Shown: positions 11,088-23,113 of the stretch, in pieces
How positions within the stretch are numbered: the stretch's first letter is position 1
Layout of the letters: each line of letters begins with the position of its first letter
Assembly: GCA_002633005.1 (NCBI GenBank)
Contig: NMRA01000968.1
Location: 39,407-82,301, forward strand
Length of the DNA stretch: 42,895 bases
From: Phoronis australis
Taxonomy: Eukaryota; Animalia; Phoronida
Direction: 5' to 3'
The notes under the pieces: model-generated
Seen by the model: only the letters and a program-made list of their open reading frames with translations
The model's database searches: none
Told to the model about the DNA's origin: nothing
Position numbers and translations under genes: made by a program

Positions 11088-11589
11088 GTAGGTGGCGTTT
11101 TTGCTCTCTGCTACACAAGTGATGGTTTGTGGTCATTTAAATTTTCTAGACCTGAATTGCATGGAAGCTGTCCTGAACAGTGCAGTACCTTACAGCACTT
11201 AAAATGCTTGAAAACCATCATTTGTCTTGTTTTGACAATTGACTACTTTGTGAGCATCATTAAACACTCCTTCATAGCTCTGCCTATCACATCTTGTTTT
11301 CAATAGTCTAAAAAAGAGAAAATTTGCCGCTATAATTGTTTGACATAAATGGACTTGCAAGGCAAATTGCCGTGATATTGGCTAAGTGTGTAGAGCAGCA
11401 CTTGTCAATTTTTTGTCAAGAATTTGCAGGAATCAAAAAGTGCACTAGTTGAAAGAAATGGATGTTTACTCTAAGTTTCGTTTGTTGAAACTTGGTGGAA
11501 TTACAACATTGTCAATTTTTCTAATTTACTATGCAACCAGTCACTACAGTGATGCAAAGTACTATACAATCAGACGGCATAGCGATTTA

Positions 11590-11857
11590 AAGTATGCATT
11601 TGAAATGAATAGAGAAGTATGCATTTGAAATGAAGAGAAGTATGCATTTGAAATGAATAGAGAAGTATGCATTTGAAATGAATAGAGAAGTATGCATTTG
11701 AATTGAAGAGAAGTATGCATTTGAAATGAATAGAGAAGTATGCATTTGAAATGAATAGAGAAGTATGCATTTGAAATGAAGAGAAGTATGCATTTGAAAT
11801 GAATAGAGAAGTATGCATTTGAAATGAATAGAGAAGTATGCATTTGAAATGAAGAGA
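11590..11857 (+). repeat. Minisatellite of 25-bp and 23-bp units GAGAAGTATGCATTTGAAATGAA(TA), about 11 copies, ending at an N join
   Basis: The tandem units are directly visible and run up to the N at 11858. Confidence 0.97.
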
Positions 11858-11858
11858 N

Positions 11859-13148
11859 CACCAAGACTTACGGTGTAAGTCAGCCTCAATCTAAAGGATC
11901 CACGGCAGGTAAGAACACCTCTGCATAATTCTGTACAATTCATGTTTGATGGTAGCACTTTACTGCAGATCACAAGTTTATGAGCCACTTGTTCCAATTT
12001 ATGCGCTTCTCATATTTAGTTTACGTGGACATTTCACTGTCATTTGTCTTTTTTAGGCCAAAGAAAATACCAAATGTCGAATATAATTGGTTTTGGTGTG
12101 TGTGTGTATCTGTGTGTGTGTGTGTCTGTTTGTTTTTGAACAACTGATTCTGTGCCGCAGTATTTTTTGTAATACTTGAAAGAAACCATTACTCGATTCT
12201 ATCTCAAATGCTTCAGGGTCACCTGATGCCAGCTGAAGTAAGTCAGCATCTTCCTTGTTGTTTTTTTAATTTGAAAGGAAGATTTCAAAGTGACTGGAGC
12301 TGACCAGAACCAGTAAATGCTATTTTTTACTCGTTTCCTTGTGATGTCACATCTCGTGCCATCTCTCCTTGCAGTCATGACGACAGTATCGACAGGAGGT
12401 GTGGCTGACATCAGCTCAGTCTACTCCAAGAACCATGCCCCGTCGGCGTTTGACAAGGCTGGCTATGGTGGCACGCCCCCACCCTTCAACCTGGCAAACC
12501 TCCCAGGCCCCTCACAGAGCAGTGCCCTGGCCGCGCATAACACGCCCTACGGCACGCACATGTTCGTGTCCACGTTGCCACAACAGCAAATGATGCATCA
12601 CCAGATGCAGCCGGTAGGTGGCGTTTTTGCTCTCTGCTACACAAATGATGGTTTGTGGTCATTTAAATCTTCTAGACCTGAATTGCATGGAAGCTGTCCT
12701 GAACAGTGCAGTACCTTACAGCACTTAAAATGCTTGAAAACCATCATTTGTCTTGTTTTGACAACTGACTACTTTGTCAGCATCATTAAATGCTCCTTCA
12801 TAGCTCTGCCTATCACATCTTATTTTCAATAGTCTAAAGAAGAGAAAATTTGCCGATATAATTGTTTGACATAAAATGGACTTGCATGGCAAATTGCCAT
12901 GATATTGGCTAAGTGTGTAGAGCAGCACTTGTCAATTTTTTGTCAAGAATTTGCATTAATCGAAAAGTGCACTAGTTGAAAGAAATGGATGTTTACTCTA
13001 AGTTTCATGTGTTGAAACTTGGTTGAATTACGACGTTGTCAATTTTTCTAATTTACTATGCAACCAGTCACTGCAGGGATGCAAAGTACTATACAATCAT
13101 ACGGCATAGTGATTTAAAGTATGCATTTGAAATGAATGGAGAAGTATG
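11859..13148 (+). repeat. Near-identical second copy of 10353-~11620, including a partial exon (11859-11908) and an exon (12375-12613); probable uncollapsed haplotype
   Basis: It starts mid-exon immediately after a single N and differs by scattered SNPs and small indels. One amino acid differs (YGAHM vs YGTHM). Confidence 0.9.
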
Positions 13149-13312
13149 GTGGTAAATTGAAGTAATAAACAGGTGACTTAACTATTTCCATTGGTGTGGT
13201 CTAAAACTGACATCGTTAAGTAAACATTGTGACAGGTTTCGAAAGAATGTTTCCTTCTGGAGCAAGTTCACATCTCTGATATTTTTGCGTGATGTTTTTA
13301 TCGTCGTTTCAG

Positions 13313-13417
13313 GATGCAAGCGGTGTGGCAGCTCGCAGCTCCCAACAGGGGGCAGGCCAACTAAAGACGAGCCTCAACAAGAGTTATGGAACCAGCCAGT
13401 ACTGGAGTGGCAACTGA
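13313..13417 (+). CDS. UBAP2L: UBAP2/UBAP2L terminal coding exon, DASGVAARSSQQGAGQLKTSLNKSYGTSQYWSGN*
   Basis: Matches the family C-terminus (QD...RS.Q...K..YG.S.YW.N). Acceptor gtttcag and stop TGA at 13415-13417. The 12 main exons total 2253 nt in frame. Confidence 0.92.
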   Translation, partial: DASGVAARSSQQGAGQLKTSLNKSYGTSQYWSGN

Positions 13418-14050
13418 GCCTGCAGATCTCTGCAGGCAACCGGCCGTGCTTGGGTCAGAAACTTAGTTATCACGCGAATGCTAAATCCACACGTGCCCGG
13501 TCGTGTATTTTTACTTTCGCCCCTTTTGCTTTACTTTGGTTTTCGGCGTCTGTGTTTTGTTTTGTAATTGTAACAGTGTATTATACGGTAGTATTATTGT
13601 TGCTCTCAGATCTACTTGATGGTAGTGTATTGTACAGTTAAGGTAGACGCGTGTTGAGATCGTTTTAACCAGACCCATGTTGACAATTTAAATGTTTGCG
13701 CATGCAAACGCGGTTAATCGAATTCAGTTTATTGTTTCTCCCGTTGATATGTATTTCCTGCGTCGTGTCGGTGCCTTGATGAAATTATGTTGTTCGACGT
13801 CCACTCGGGTGGCCACACGGGTCGCTAGTGTGCGCGACGAGGCCTCGTTTCTAATTATTATTAATATTATTGTATGAGTGAATGTTAGAGTGTTATGGCT
13901 ATTTTCTGTACAGAAGGGTTTCTCCCGTCGGTGACTGAAGTGTTATAAATGTAAGGCTTTGTAGCTTCACCAAACAGTGTCCGTGACATGTTTGATCCCA
14001 GTTAAATAAGATTTCAGCACCTGGCCTTTGGTCAGTTTAAATTGAAAGTA

Positions 14051-14056
14051 AATAAA
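14051..14056 (+). terminator. Likely polyadenylation signal of UBAP2L (duplicated at 14927-14932)
   Basis: AATAAA about 630 nt after the stop codon, followed by T-rich sequence. Confidence 0.55.
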
Positions 14057-14145
14057 TCGTCGATACTACACATCAATCTTTGTCATTATTCTTCCAAGTG
14101 GAAGAACTTAGTTAAAAGAATGAGGTCGCTTATTCTGGCAGTTGN

Positions 14146-15013
14146 ACATCTCTGATATTTTTGCGAGACGTTTTTATCGTTGTTTCAGGATGCCAGCAGT
14201 GTGGCAGCTCGCAGCTCCCAACAGGGGGCAGGCCAACAAAAGACGAGCCTCAACAAGAGTTATGGAACCAGCCACTACTGGAGTGGCAACTGAGCCTGCA
14301 GATCTCCGCAGGCAACCGGCCGTGCTTGGGTCAGAAACTTAGTTATCACGTGAATGCTAAATCCACACGTGCCCGGTCGTGTATTTTTACTTTCGCCCCT
14401 TTCGCTTTACTTTGGTTTTCGGCGTCTGTGTTTTGTTTTGTAATTGTAACAGTGTATTATACGGTAGTATTATTGTTGCTCTCAGATCTACTTGATGGTA
14501 GTGTATTGTACAGTTAAGGTAGACGCTTGTTGAGATCGTTTTAACCAGACCCATGTTGACAATTTAAATGTTTGCGCATGCAAACGCGGTTAATCGAATT
14601 CAGTTTATTGTTTCTCCCGTTGATATGTATTTCCTGCGTCGTGTCGGTGCCTTGATGAAATTATGTTGTTCGACGTCCACTCGGGTGGCCACACGGGTCG
14701 CTAGTGTGCGCGACGAGGCCTCGTTTCTAATTATTATTAATATTATTGTATGAGTGAATGTTAGAGTGTTATGGCTATTTTCTGTACAGAAGGGTTTCTC
14801 CCGTCGGTGACTGAAGTGTTATAAATGTAAGGCTTTGTAGCTTCACCAAACAGTGTCCGTGACATGTTTGATCCCAGTTAAATAAGATTTCAGCACCTGG
14901 CCTTTGGTCAGTTTAAATTGAAAGTAAATAAATCGTCGATACTACACATCAATCTTTGTCATTATTCTTCCAAGTGGAAGAACATAGTTGGAAGAATGAG
15001 GTCGCTTATTCTG
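14146..15013 (+). repeat. Second copy of 13270-14137, covering the terminal exon (14189-14293) and the 3' UTR; probable uncollapsed haplotype
   Basis: Offset is 876 nt and the copy begins right after the N at 14145. It encodes DASSVAARSSQQGAGQQKTSLNKSYGTSHYWSGN*. Confidence 0.9.
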
Positions 15014-16814
15014 AGGTGGAGTGTCTACCCTAAGAAAGGGGAATGAGTGCCTTCCTGCGGGAGATCAATACTCCTGATCATCTGTTGGTCACAATATTTT
15101 TGGAAAAAAACTTCAGATTTTGTTTATTTTCTGTGCAGTGGTGGCAGTGGGACATGTCTGGGTTACAGTACGTTTTACTCACCTTGGCTAGTTCTCAAGG
15201 GCACAGTGGGAAAAAGGTTGTGCTCTGGATAATTTTGTGGACTCTTGGACGTATCATTATGTTCTGTTAATGTTTGGTACTGAGGTGTAAGTGGGGCAAC
15301 TCCAAACGCCAGTCGTTTTTGGTATCATTTTCAAACTGAGCTTTGGTACTTGCGGAAACTATTTTTGGCAGGATATCAAGAAGGCCGAATAATATGTTGG
15401 ACACTACTGCAGTGTTATGTCGTGAAGGTGCAAGAGTAACTCCAGACGCTGAAAATAGTAGTGACCTTAAATTTTTAAGGCATAGTGGAAAACTGAGGTT
15501 ACATATGAAACTGGGATGTGTTGGCTCTCTGTATCTAAAAATGAGCTTTTGATTGCGTTTTTTAGTAACCATGGATGTGCAGGTTGCAGTACTGGCGGTC
15601 GTTGCGTAGAGTCTGGATATCGCTATGGATTTAGAAGCGGAAGCACGTGATCCCACTGACTTACATAGCGAGGCTCTTGAGTTCAGGAAATCTGTATCCT
15701 GTGTGAGGGTTTTCGGTGAACTACATTTTTGTTTGTTACAACGACGAAATTTCAAGTTTTGATCAGTGGAGTTGTTGACGCAATATTTCATGGAGGTCGC
15801 CTTAGACTACCGTACTCGTTCGCGTTACTGCCCTGGGCGCTTAAATTACGAATCTAGAAAACGGGGTGGGCGGTAAGTCGAGCATGGGCGGTTAAAATCG
15901 AAATTTTTTGAGAAGTCAGTTGTTGCTTAATGCTCGGGGGTCCGATTTTACCCTAACGGAGCCACACTGACGTCGGGCTTCAAGCATATCAGTTAAAACA
16001 TAGGTCGGAGAATTGAAGTAACGGACATCGACCGCCTGCGCACACGATACAGTTGCGTCGTGTTCTTGAGCGTGATTGGGTTTTTACGTACCTGCTTGTC
16101 ATCTCTTAGAACTAAGGTATTCCTACAGGTAGGCGTGTGTTCAGTAAGGCAAGTTTCTTGAGAGAAAAGACCGATCAAACAAGACTCCGCTGGTTCGCGG
16201 TGTATTTTTAAGGGAAGCACTTGATTGTGTAAAGATCTGTTGTACATTTAGGCACCCAAACACGTGCTAATGATTGACAGGTCTTCTTATGGAATACTTT
16301 GAACAATGTAACATTTTTTTATACCGCAGTCGTTCAAAGCACGTGCTATCAGAGGATACTACTTGATACTATTATTAGCCAATAGGGGTACTCGGTCAGC
16401 TGCCGAAACAATGAAGCAAAAACACATCGGGTAGTTGCACTAAGGTTGCAGCTGAGGGAACTGCCGGCGGCGCCAAATGACTTTGATGACCTTAACATCA
16501 ATTTCAAGCTGCGTGGATTGGAATTTTCCTCGTTTAATAGGATTTCATCTTTTTGAGTTTCCATTTCCCACATTTGATTTTCAGTTTTCCCTCTTTTATC
16601 GTTGTCAGGTTTCGACTAGCTTTTTTGTTTCTGAAACATTCATGTACACCACTTGGATTTTCTTTCTGTTTTTGTCATTCGTCATTGCTAGGCCTGAAAG
16701 TCATTTGCAGCGAGAAAATCTGTTTCTGTCTGAAGAAACAAGATTTACAATTTGTTGATCGTTAATACCAAAGTTTCGGTAGGATTCTGGTGGACCGCCG
16801 TTGGGGCGGAAAGT

Positions 16815-17105
16815 ATCGCCGTTAAATAAAGTGCGTAAATTAATTCTTATTAGAGCCGTAAATTAATTATTTGCGGGGTAAATATTTTTGGCAGCGTAAA
16901 GTAACTGCTTCACGCCGCAACTGAAGAATTTCTTGACGCTCTGAAATTACGGGCGTAATTAATTATTGTTTGAGGCGCAAAGTAATTATTTGCAGGCGTG
17001 TACTAATTATTTACGGCGTACAGTAAATATTGGCGGCATAATTTAACGACGCAAGGTAATTTTTTCCGGCGTAATTTTTTCCGGCGTAACTTTAAGGCGA
17101 CACTC
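16815..17105. mobile_element. Degenerate array of ~15-22-bp GCGTAA-(AT-rich) units; probable DNA transposon subterminal repeats
   Basis: Recurrent GCGTAAATTAATTATTTG-like units end in (TTTTTTCCGGCGTAA)x2 and TAAGGCGAC. Confidence 0.5.
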
Positions 17106-17269
17106 ACCCATTCCCCTTGTGACTTTGACCTCGTTTTCGAAGCTATTGCAAGAAATGTGAGGGGTGGCCGGACTTAGAGACTGCTGTTGGCGAGATGTGC
17201 CGAAAAACAGCTTCCGGTAGATGAGCACTCTTCAGCTGCCAGTCGTATTAATAGCAACACTCGTTCACA

Positions 17270-17515
17270 AGTTTGTTGTTACTCTGCGCGTGCAAGCGCA
17301 GAGTACTGTTGTTCCTGGGTTTTCTTCAATTTATTGTTAATATTCTTATTGTAGCTTCTTCCGACCATCTTTGACACTTAATAACACCAAAATGGGTACA
17401 GGCTTATTCTTTAAATTCAACACATGACTTTTAGCAGCAAGATATTTCAAGAAGGAAACTTTATTTTTCAGCGAAGCGCAGTTAGAGCACCTGCATGTAC
17501 ATTTTGTTCTTTTTT
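17270..17515 (+). mobile_element. Short HINE-like (Helentron-associated) element
   Basis: A 5' hairpin (TACTCTGCGC / GCGCAGAGTA, 17280-17305) is followed by a TTA/TTC-rich tract, a second AAGCGCAG near 17474-17481 and a T-run. Confidence 0.5.
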
Positions 17516-17789
17516 AACCCAGGTATAAACTGTTTTATTCTCAGTTCAGGTGGGAAGTGCGATTTTGCGGGGGTTTTTGTCTCTATTTTTCTTAGTCAAG
17601 CTTGGTTTTTAAAAGTAGGAGTGAGAAGGTCAAAAATACAAGAGAGAATAAAGTTTCTGTGCTCATCTGTAGGGCTTGTGATGTGAAATGACTCCATACT
17701 TTTCTTTCTTTGCATGTAGTTTTTGACGGAGTGAAGAAAGGCTGGCGATGGAATCCATTGAGGTGTGTTCTTGTAGGCAACCCCTGTCA

Positions 17790-17937
17790 CTGGGGCGGCG
17801 CAACACTGAAAAAATGTGGGAGCTATAGCTCCCAGCCCCCCTCAATGTTGTGCACAGCCGATCGACCATGGGCGGCGCAGCACTGAAAAAAGTAGGGAGC
17901 GCATACACCCCCCAGTCCCTCATGGTGCGCCGCCCAT
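17790..17937. mobile_element. Two tandem copies of a ~70-bp mini inverted-repeat element
   Basis: GGGCGGCGCA(A/G)CACTGAAAAAA occurs twice. The second copy is bounded by ATGGGCGGCGCA (17868) and TGCGCCGCCCAT (17926-17937). Confidence 0.6.
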
Positions 17938-19543
17938 TCTGTGAGAACTGTTTTTGCCCCCATAGCGCTTACCTTCACATGGCTCCGGACCAATTACTCA
18001 TGCATCTATTGCATCATAAACACACAAATTGTTTAATTCTTAGTTGAAATAACGTATTTGTAAAATTTTAGTACATGGCGATTATAAAATTGTCGTACTG
18101 TAAGTGCTGGTGGTTATTTTCTCATATTTTGCTTTTGTTTGGGTATTATAAACGACGCAAATCATGCCTTGATCGCATCGATCTGCGGCTTAATTCTAAA
18201 ATAAGATGACGTAAAAGCCTGACATCACGCTGAATTTGCCACATCAATGAAAACCCTACTAAATGCTGGGGTATTTTTTGCCTTTACTTCAGTTATGTCC
18301 AAGTAACAGTTGAAAATACCTTGACTTGTACATGCAGAGTTCCGAAACCACGACCGAGATTTGTCGCGGAAAAGCTCAAAAAGTAAAAAATAAAGCTCGG
18401 AAATATTCTTCATTGACCCAGGAGAAATTGTAACACGGCACACGTCGGCCAGTAACTCCCAATACGGCCTGATCGACTCATTAATACAAAGCTTACCTGT
18501 AACAAGCACGTAGCCCCACATAACGCTAAATCGTCGTGAGAGACCGTCCGGAGTTGGTACATGGCGCAACTCCGGACGGTCTGGTGTCAACAGAAAAACA
18601 TTTCAACTGTGAGTCTACGCCAAAGTGATAAACGAGAGTAGTTCTACCTGCTGCGTCAGCTGCAGGAATGCTTATCTCTTTTATGACACACAATGAGTGA
18701 ATGGGCAAAGCATTCTCAAAATAATCTAGATAAATCAGTGGAGTGTGAGACCCCTGAGGTCCCTGTCAAGTCCTCACGACAATTCTACGTTATGCCAGGC
18801 CCATATAGCTGTGTTAGAGACCGTAGGTGGGACCCAAGGAGTAACCGCTAGTAGACGCTGACACTGAACGATCTGTAGAGATCACTTCATTTTAGTAGTA
18901 GGCAATTTATCATAGATGTCACTAAAACAACTACTAGTATCTGTCTACTCAACTTCCAATTAGGCCTACCAAGATGACGAGTGCCTGCGTGATTTTAGTT
19001 CTTTAATTCTCACAGTCTACGACCTGAGATTGTCATTGTTTCTTCCACATTCCACGTAATATACCTTTAATAACTTCATGTAGGCTACTCTGGGATAAAC
19101 GGAAAATTTGTTAAATAATGGTCTCTACAATTACACTTCTACTGCTAGGCCTCTTGCATTCGACCTGATGATTCAAAAACTCTAACTTGGAGCAGCAAAA
19201 ATATTGAGAAATGATAACCTCAGCAGCATAAAAAAGGTCTGTAAATTAACCACACAAGATATTTTTTTAAGAATTTAGCAAAGAATAACTCACGTTTTCT
19301 ATCAAACATGACTTGCAGGGAAGTTCACGGCCTAAGTGTACAATGTTTTTGGACTACAGGCCTACCACTAGGGTACAAACGAATTACACGTATGCCCCAC
19401 TGAATTTGCTCTCACGCTATAATATTAATTCAAACACACTTGAGGCGGACAGAAGAGATTGTTTAGTTGATGTTCTGCAGCATCAAATCACCTCGGGTAT
19501 ATTCGTTGCCTCCCGAGGTACTCCGGATACGTTTTAACATCCA

Positions 19544-19870
19544 NNNNNNNNNNNNNNNNNNNNNNNNNNNNNNNNNNNNNNNNNNNNNNNNNNNNNNNNN
19601 NNNNNNNNNNNNNNNNNNNNNNNNNNNNNNNNNNNNNNNNNNNNNNNNNNNNNNNNNNNNNNNNNNNNNNNNNNNNNNNNNNNNNNNNNNNNNNNNNNNN
19701 NNNNNNNNNNNNNNNNNNNNNNNNNNNNNNNNNNNNNNNNNNNNNNNNNNNNNNNNNNNNNNNNNNNNNNNNNNNNNNNNNNNNNNNNNNNNNNNNNNNN
19801 NNNNNNNNNNNNNNNNNNNNNNNNNNNNNNNNNNNNNNNNNNNNNNNNNNNNNNNNNNNNNNNNNNNNNN
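19544..19870. other. Assembly gap (327 N)
   Basis: Run of N characters. Confidence 1.
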
Positions 19871-21610
19871 TTGAGACATACATTCGCTTAGCTGATTCAA
19901 AGCGGCTATATAAACACCGTGTAAAAATCCTGCGTCTTTCTACCTATAGAATGTTCGAGTGCTTTTGAATAGCGCTGCGTAAACATCGGCTGTACGGTTT
20001 CTTTCTTCAATTTCAATAGGGTTTGCTGTATGTAAACAATAGACGCGTCAATGTTAGATTCTTTTGATAACAGCCAATAGCCTTGGAAATAAACACTTTT
20101 GACCCATTTCCAGATCCCGCGTAAATTGCCCGCCCATCCGTCGAAATAAGATTAATCACATCTGAGTCTTAACATTTTTTCAAGTCCCTGTAGTGTGTAA
20201 CAGTGAAAATGAATTTGGCACGTCAGTTGGATACTAATTATATGCGAGCATGAAATAATGTGATATTTTATACAGTATATTTTTAAAATTTCAGACTTGG
20301 TTACACCTTGAAACATCACCCGATTATTAATCTTTTTCTCCAAAACAAGAGAAAGGTTTATTCAAGAGCGTGCTACTTCAGTCTGACCCACCAATAGTTC
20401 CAAGTGTATATTTGGTTACATTCATGAATACTAATTAGAAATCTATCACTGCTTAATTACTCCTGCTGATTCTGTGAAGGTCATTAAAAGCACTGAGGTT
20501 AAATTCTGACCATTTTTTAAAATTTAAATGGTAAAAATTTAGATGTATATTATGTGCTAGCTATGTTAATGTCGTATGTAACTCTCGGGTTGTTGTGCGC
20601 GCGTGGGTATCGGTTTTGACCAAGCTCGCCCTTCTTGCTGGTGTGAATAAAATTCGCATTCACACCTGTCAACGTGAACAGTCCATGTCAACATCATTTC
20701 CAAGTGTACAACTAGAACCTAAACATAATACATAGTGTATGAGAAACAGAGAAATTAAAAAAAAATAAAAGCTTGTCCTCCTCTTATATCTTGCACTTCT
20801 TCAGTATGGATGGAAAGGGGAACTTCACTTCGTTAGTAAATTCAGTCACATACCCTCAGATATTCTTTTTTCTGATTTTTAACCCATTTTATTCGCTTTG
20901 CAGGAGTGAATAGAATAATGTAATGCAGTGCTAATTTGCACTCTATATATACAGGAAAATTTAAAGGAAATCTCCATTTTTTGCATCGGGCTTTTGCATA
21001 AGTCATACTCTCATCGGCCAACGCTCAAGTGTGCGGCGAGTCATTATGCTGTTCATTGTGTAATGAATGGTCAACATCAGGTTCCGTATTTCTATAAAAT
21101 AAAATTTTACAAAAATTTCAAACTTTGTGAAACAAAATTAGTATAAATTTTGGTTCCTTTTACGTCATTTCCGTATTTGGCAGCACGATGAGACATTTGT
21201 ATTTTTGTCTTTTTCTTCTCCTCAAAAAAATCCTGTAAACAAAACATGGCGCCCACTTTCACGAGTTGTGTTTGTTCGCCTTAATTTAATTCACTCTCAG
21301 CTGCGCTTCAATGAACAAATCCTTTTAGAAATGAAAGTATAAACAAGACCAAGAATAAAATTTTTAATATGTATAAAAAGTTTACCCATGCTTAACATTT
21401 TTACGAAGAAATAGAACTTTAAATTAGAAAAATATGTTAAGAGTTGATGAACATCTTCACTTTGATATAAGATGTTACAAAAACCCTGTGGTTAAACTTT
21501 TCCCTGTCATTTTAAAAAGAAGCCTTCATCATTGGTCTTTATCTGCTGGAAAGGAATTCCTGATGCGGTATTAAGATTACACAGTGCAATGCTAGTTTTT
21601 GAACCCCAAC

Positions 21611-21703
21611 AAACACAAGGTGTGGGAAAGGTAAGCCATTTTTAATCCCAGGTGAACGAACTGTTGTGGCGCTTTCTTTTAGGTCGGCGTTTTGCTGTAT
21701 AAA
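21611..21703 (+). promoter_or_regulatory. Histone H1 promoter with H1 box (AAACACA, 21611-21617) and TATA box (TATAAA, 21698-21703)
   Basis: The AAACACA element lies about 85 nt upstream of TATAAA, which is about 65 nt before the ATG. This is the known arrangement in H1 promoters. Confidence 0.6.
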
Positions 21704-21766
21704 CAACGTTCCGTTTTGCGCCTAATTCAGATACTGTCTAGACCCAGTACTGTTCAGACCGTCGAT

Positions 21767-22780
21767 ATGTCTTCACCAGCAAAGTCCGCTCAGAAGAAGG
21801 CCGCAAAGAAGCCGGCCGCTCACCCCACCTACCAGGTGATGGTGCGTGCCGCCATCGCAGCCCTGAAGGAGCGTGGCGGTTCCTCCCGTCAAGCTATCCT
21901 CAAGTACATCAAAGCCAACTACAAGGGACTTACTAGCCCCGAGGTGCACCTCAAGATGGCTTTGAGGAGAATGGTCAAGAGTGGTGTTCTTACCCAAGCA
22001 AAGGGTACTGGTGCCTCTGGCTCATTCAGACTTGGTAAGTTCACAGTTGCACAATTGACACACTAAGGTGTCCTTTTGTTTATCTTTTTTCATGAGTTCA
22101 GCCCATTCTCACTTCAATCAGTTGAAACGTGTACATGTTTAGTTGCTAGAAATGCAACTGCATCGTGGAGATTAGCAAATAGCTGTATCAAAACCGACGC
22201 TTTATTTACTTTTTTCTCACCTGTTGTTTTCTGCTTGTCAAAGGTGCGAAACCAAAGGTCGCTAAGCCAAAGAAGGCCAAGAAGCCCAAGGCCAAGAAGC
22301 CCAAAGCCAAGAAGCCCAAAGCCAAGAAGCCCAAGGCTAAGAAACCCAAGGTAGGCCTACTTTTATGCTATCAGCAGTGTCTCACGTTAATTAGTTGAAC
22401 AATTCGATGCATGTTTTTGCAAATTGTGTTAGATGTGAGTTAAGCAGGCAGAATGAATCACGAATGGTGCATCACACCACCTTGTGTCTGAAGTTTGGTG
22501 ACTTCTAATATATCAGCTCAGTAAACTCTAGCTCTCTAAAACCATCCACGCTGATTTCAGCCAATCGCGTTTCAGTAGTGACGGTGAAGTCTTAAATCTT
22601 ATAGATGCCTCTTCACAACGATTAGGATAACGGTAACCATTTCTCTCTTTTCAGGCAAAGAAGGCTGCCAAGAAGCCCGCCGCCAAGAAAGCCGCACCAA
22701 AGAAGCCAGCGGCAAAGAAACCAGCGAAAAAGCCAGCAGCGAAAAAGCCAGCCGCCAAAAAGCCCGCCGCCAAGAAATAG
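21767..22780 (+). CDS. H1: Linker histone H1 (H1/H5 family), 166 aa; exons 21767-22034, 22244-22350, 22655-22780
   Basis: Globular domain HPTYQVMVRAAIAALKERGGSSRQAILKYI...KGTGASGSFRL and a K/A/P-rich tail. Two GT-AG introns join in frame to give 501 nt ending in TAG. Confidence 0.96.
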
Positions 22781-23113
22781 ATAGCAGTTTTTGAACTGAA
22801 CATAAATTGTAAATATTCTATTTATTTGAATGGTTCATGACTGGTTTATGCAACCGGAAGAACGCCTGTGTTTCCCAAGAACGGCAGAGTCGGGAATTGT
22901 TCGTTGGAAGGCCGCCATGTGGCATGAGACTGTTTCGCTAGACAGCGGAAGACCCTAGATTTTGTGATGATTGTTGAGATCGGGGATACGAAGTTTATAC
23001 ACATTTATTTTTGGGCTGATTTTAATTTCCTCGCCTAATTCGTTCATGGATGTGGTGAATCTCACATTATTTTCTCAACGTGTCAAATAGCGAAATCATT
23101 TTATATTTTTAGA

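Noticed and set aside
10021-11857. Tandem repeats as a CRISPR array
   Set aside because: The units are contiguous with no unique spacers, there are no cas genes, and the context is a eukaryotic intron.
11562-11997. Repetitive minus-strand ORFs (FQMHTSLFISNAY...)
   Set aside because: These are translations of the 23/25-bp minisatellite and cross an N join.
13285-13641. 118-aa ORF with a hydrophobic C-terminus (and its copy at 14161-14517)
   Set aside because: It is the wrong frame over the UBAP2L last exon, and the hydrophobic part comes from T-rich 3' UTR.
15267-15791. 174-aa minus-strand ORF
   Set aside because: No recognisable domain or splice support, and it lies next to repeat-derived sequence.
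19463-19900. ORFs spanning the gap
   Set aside because: Artefacts of the N run.
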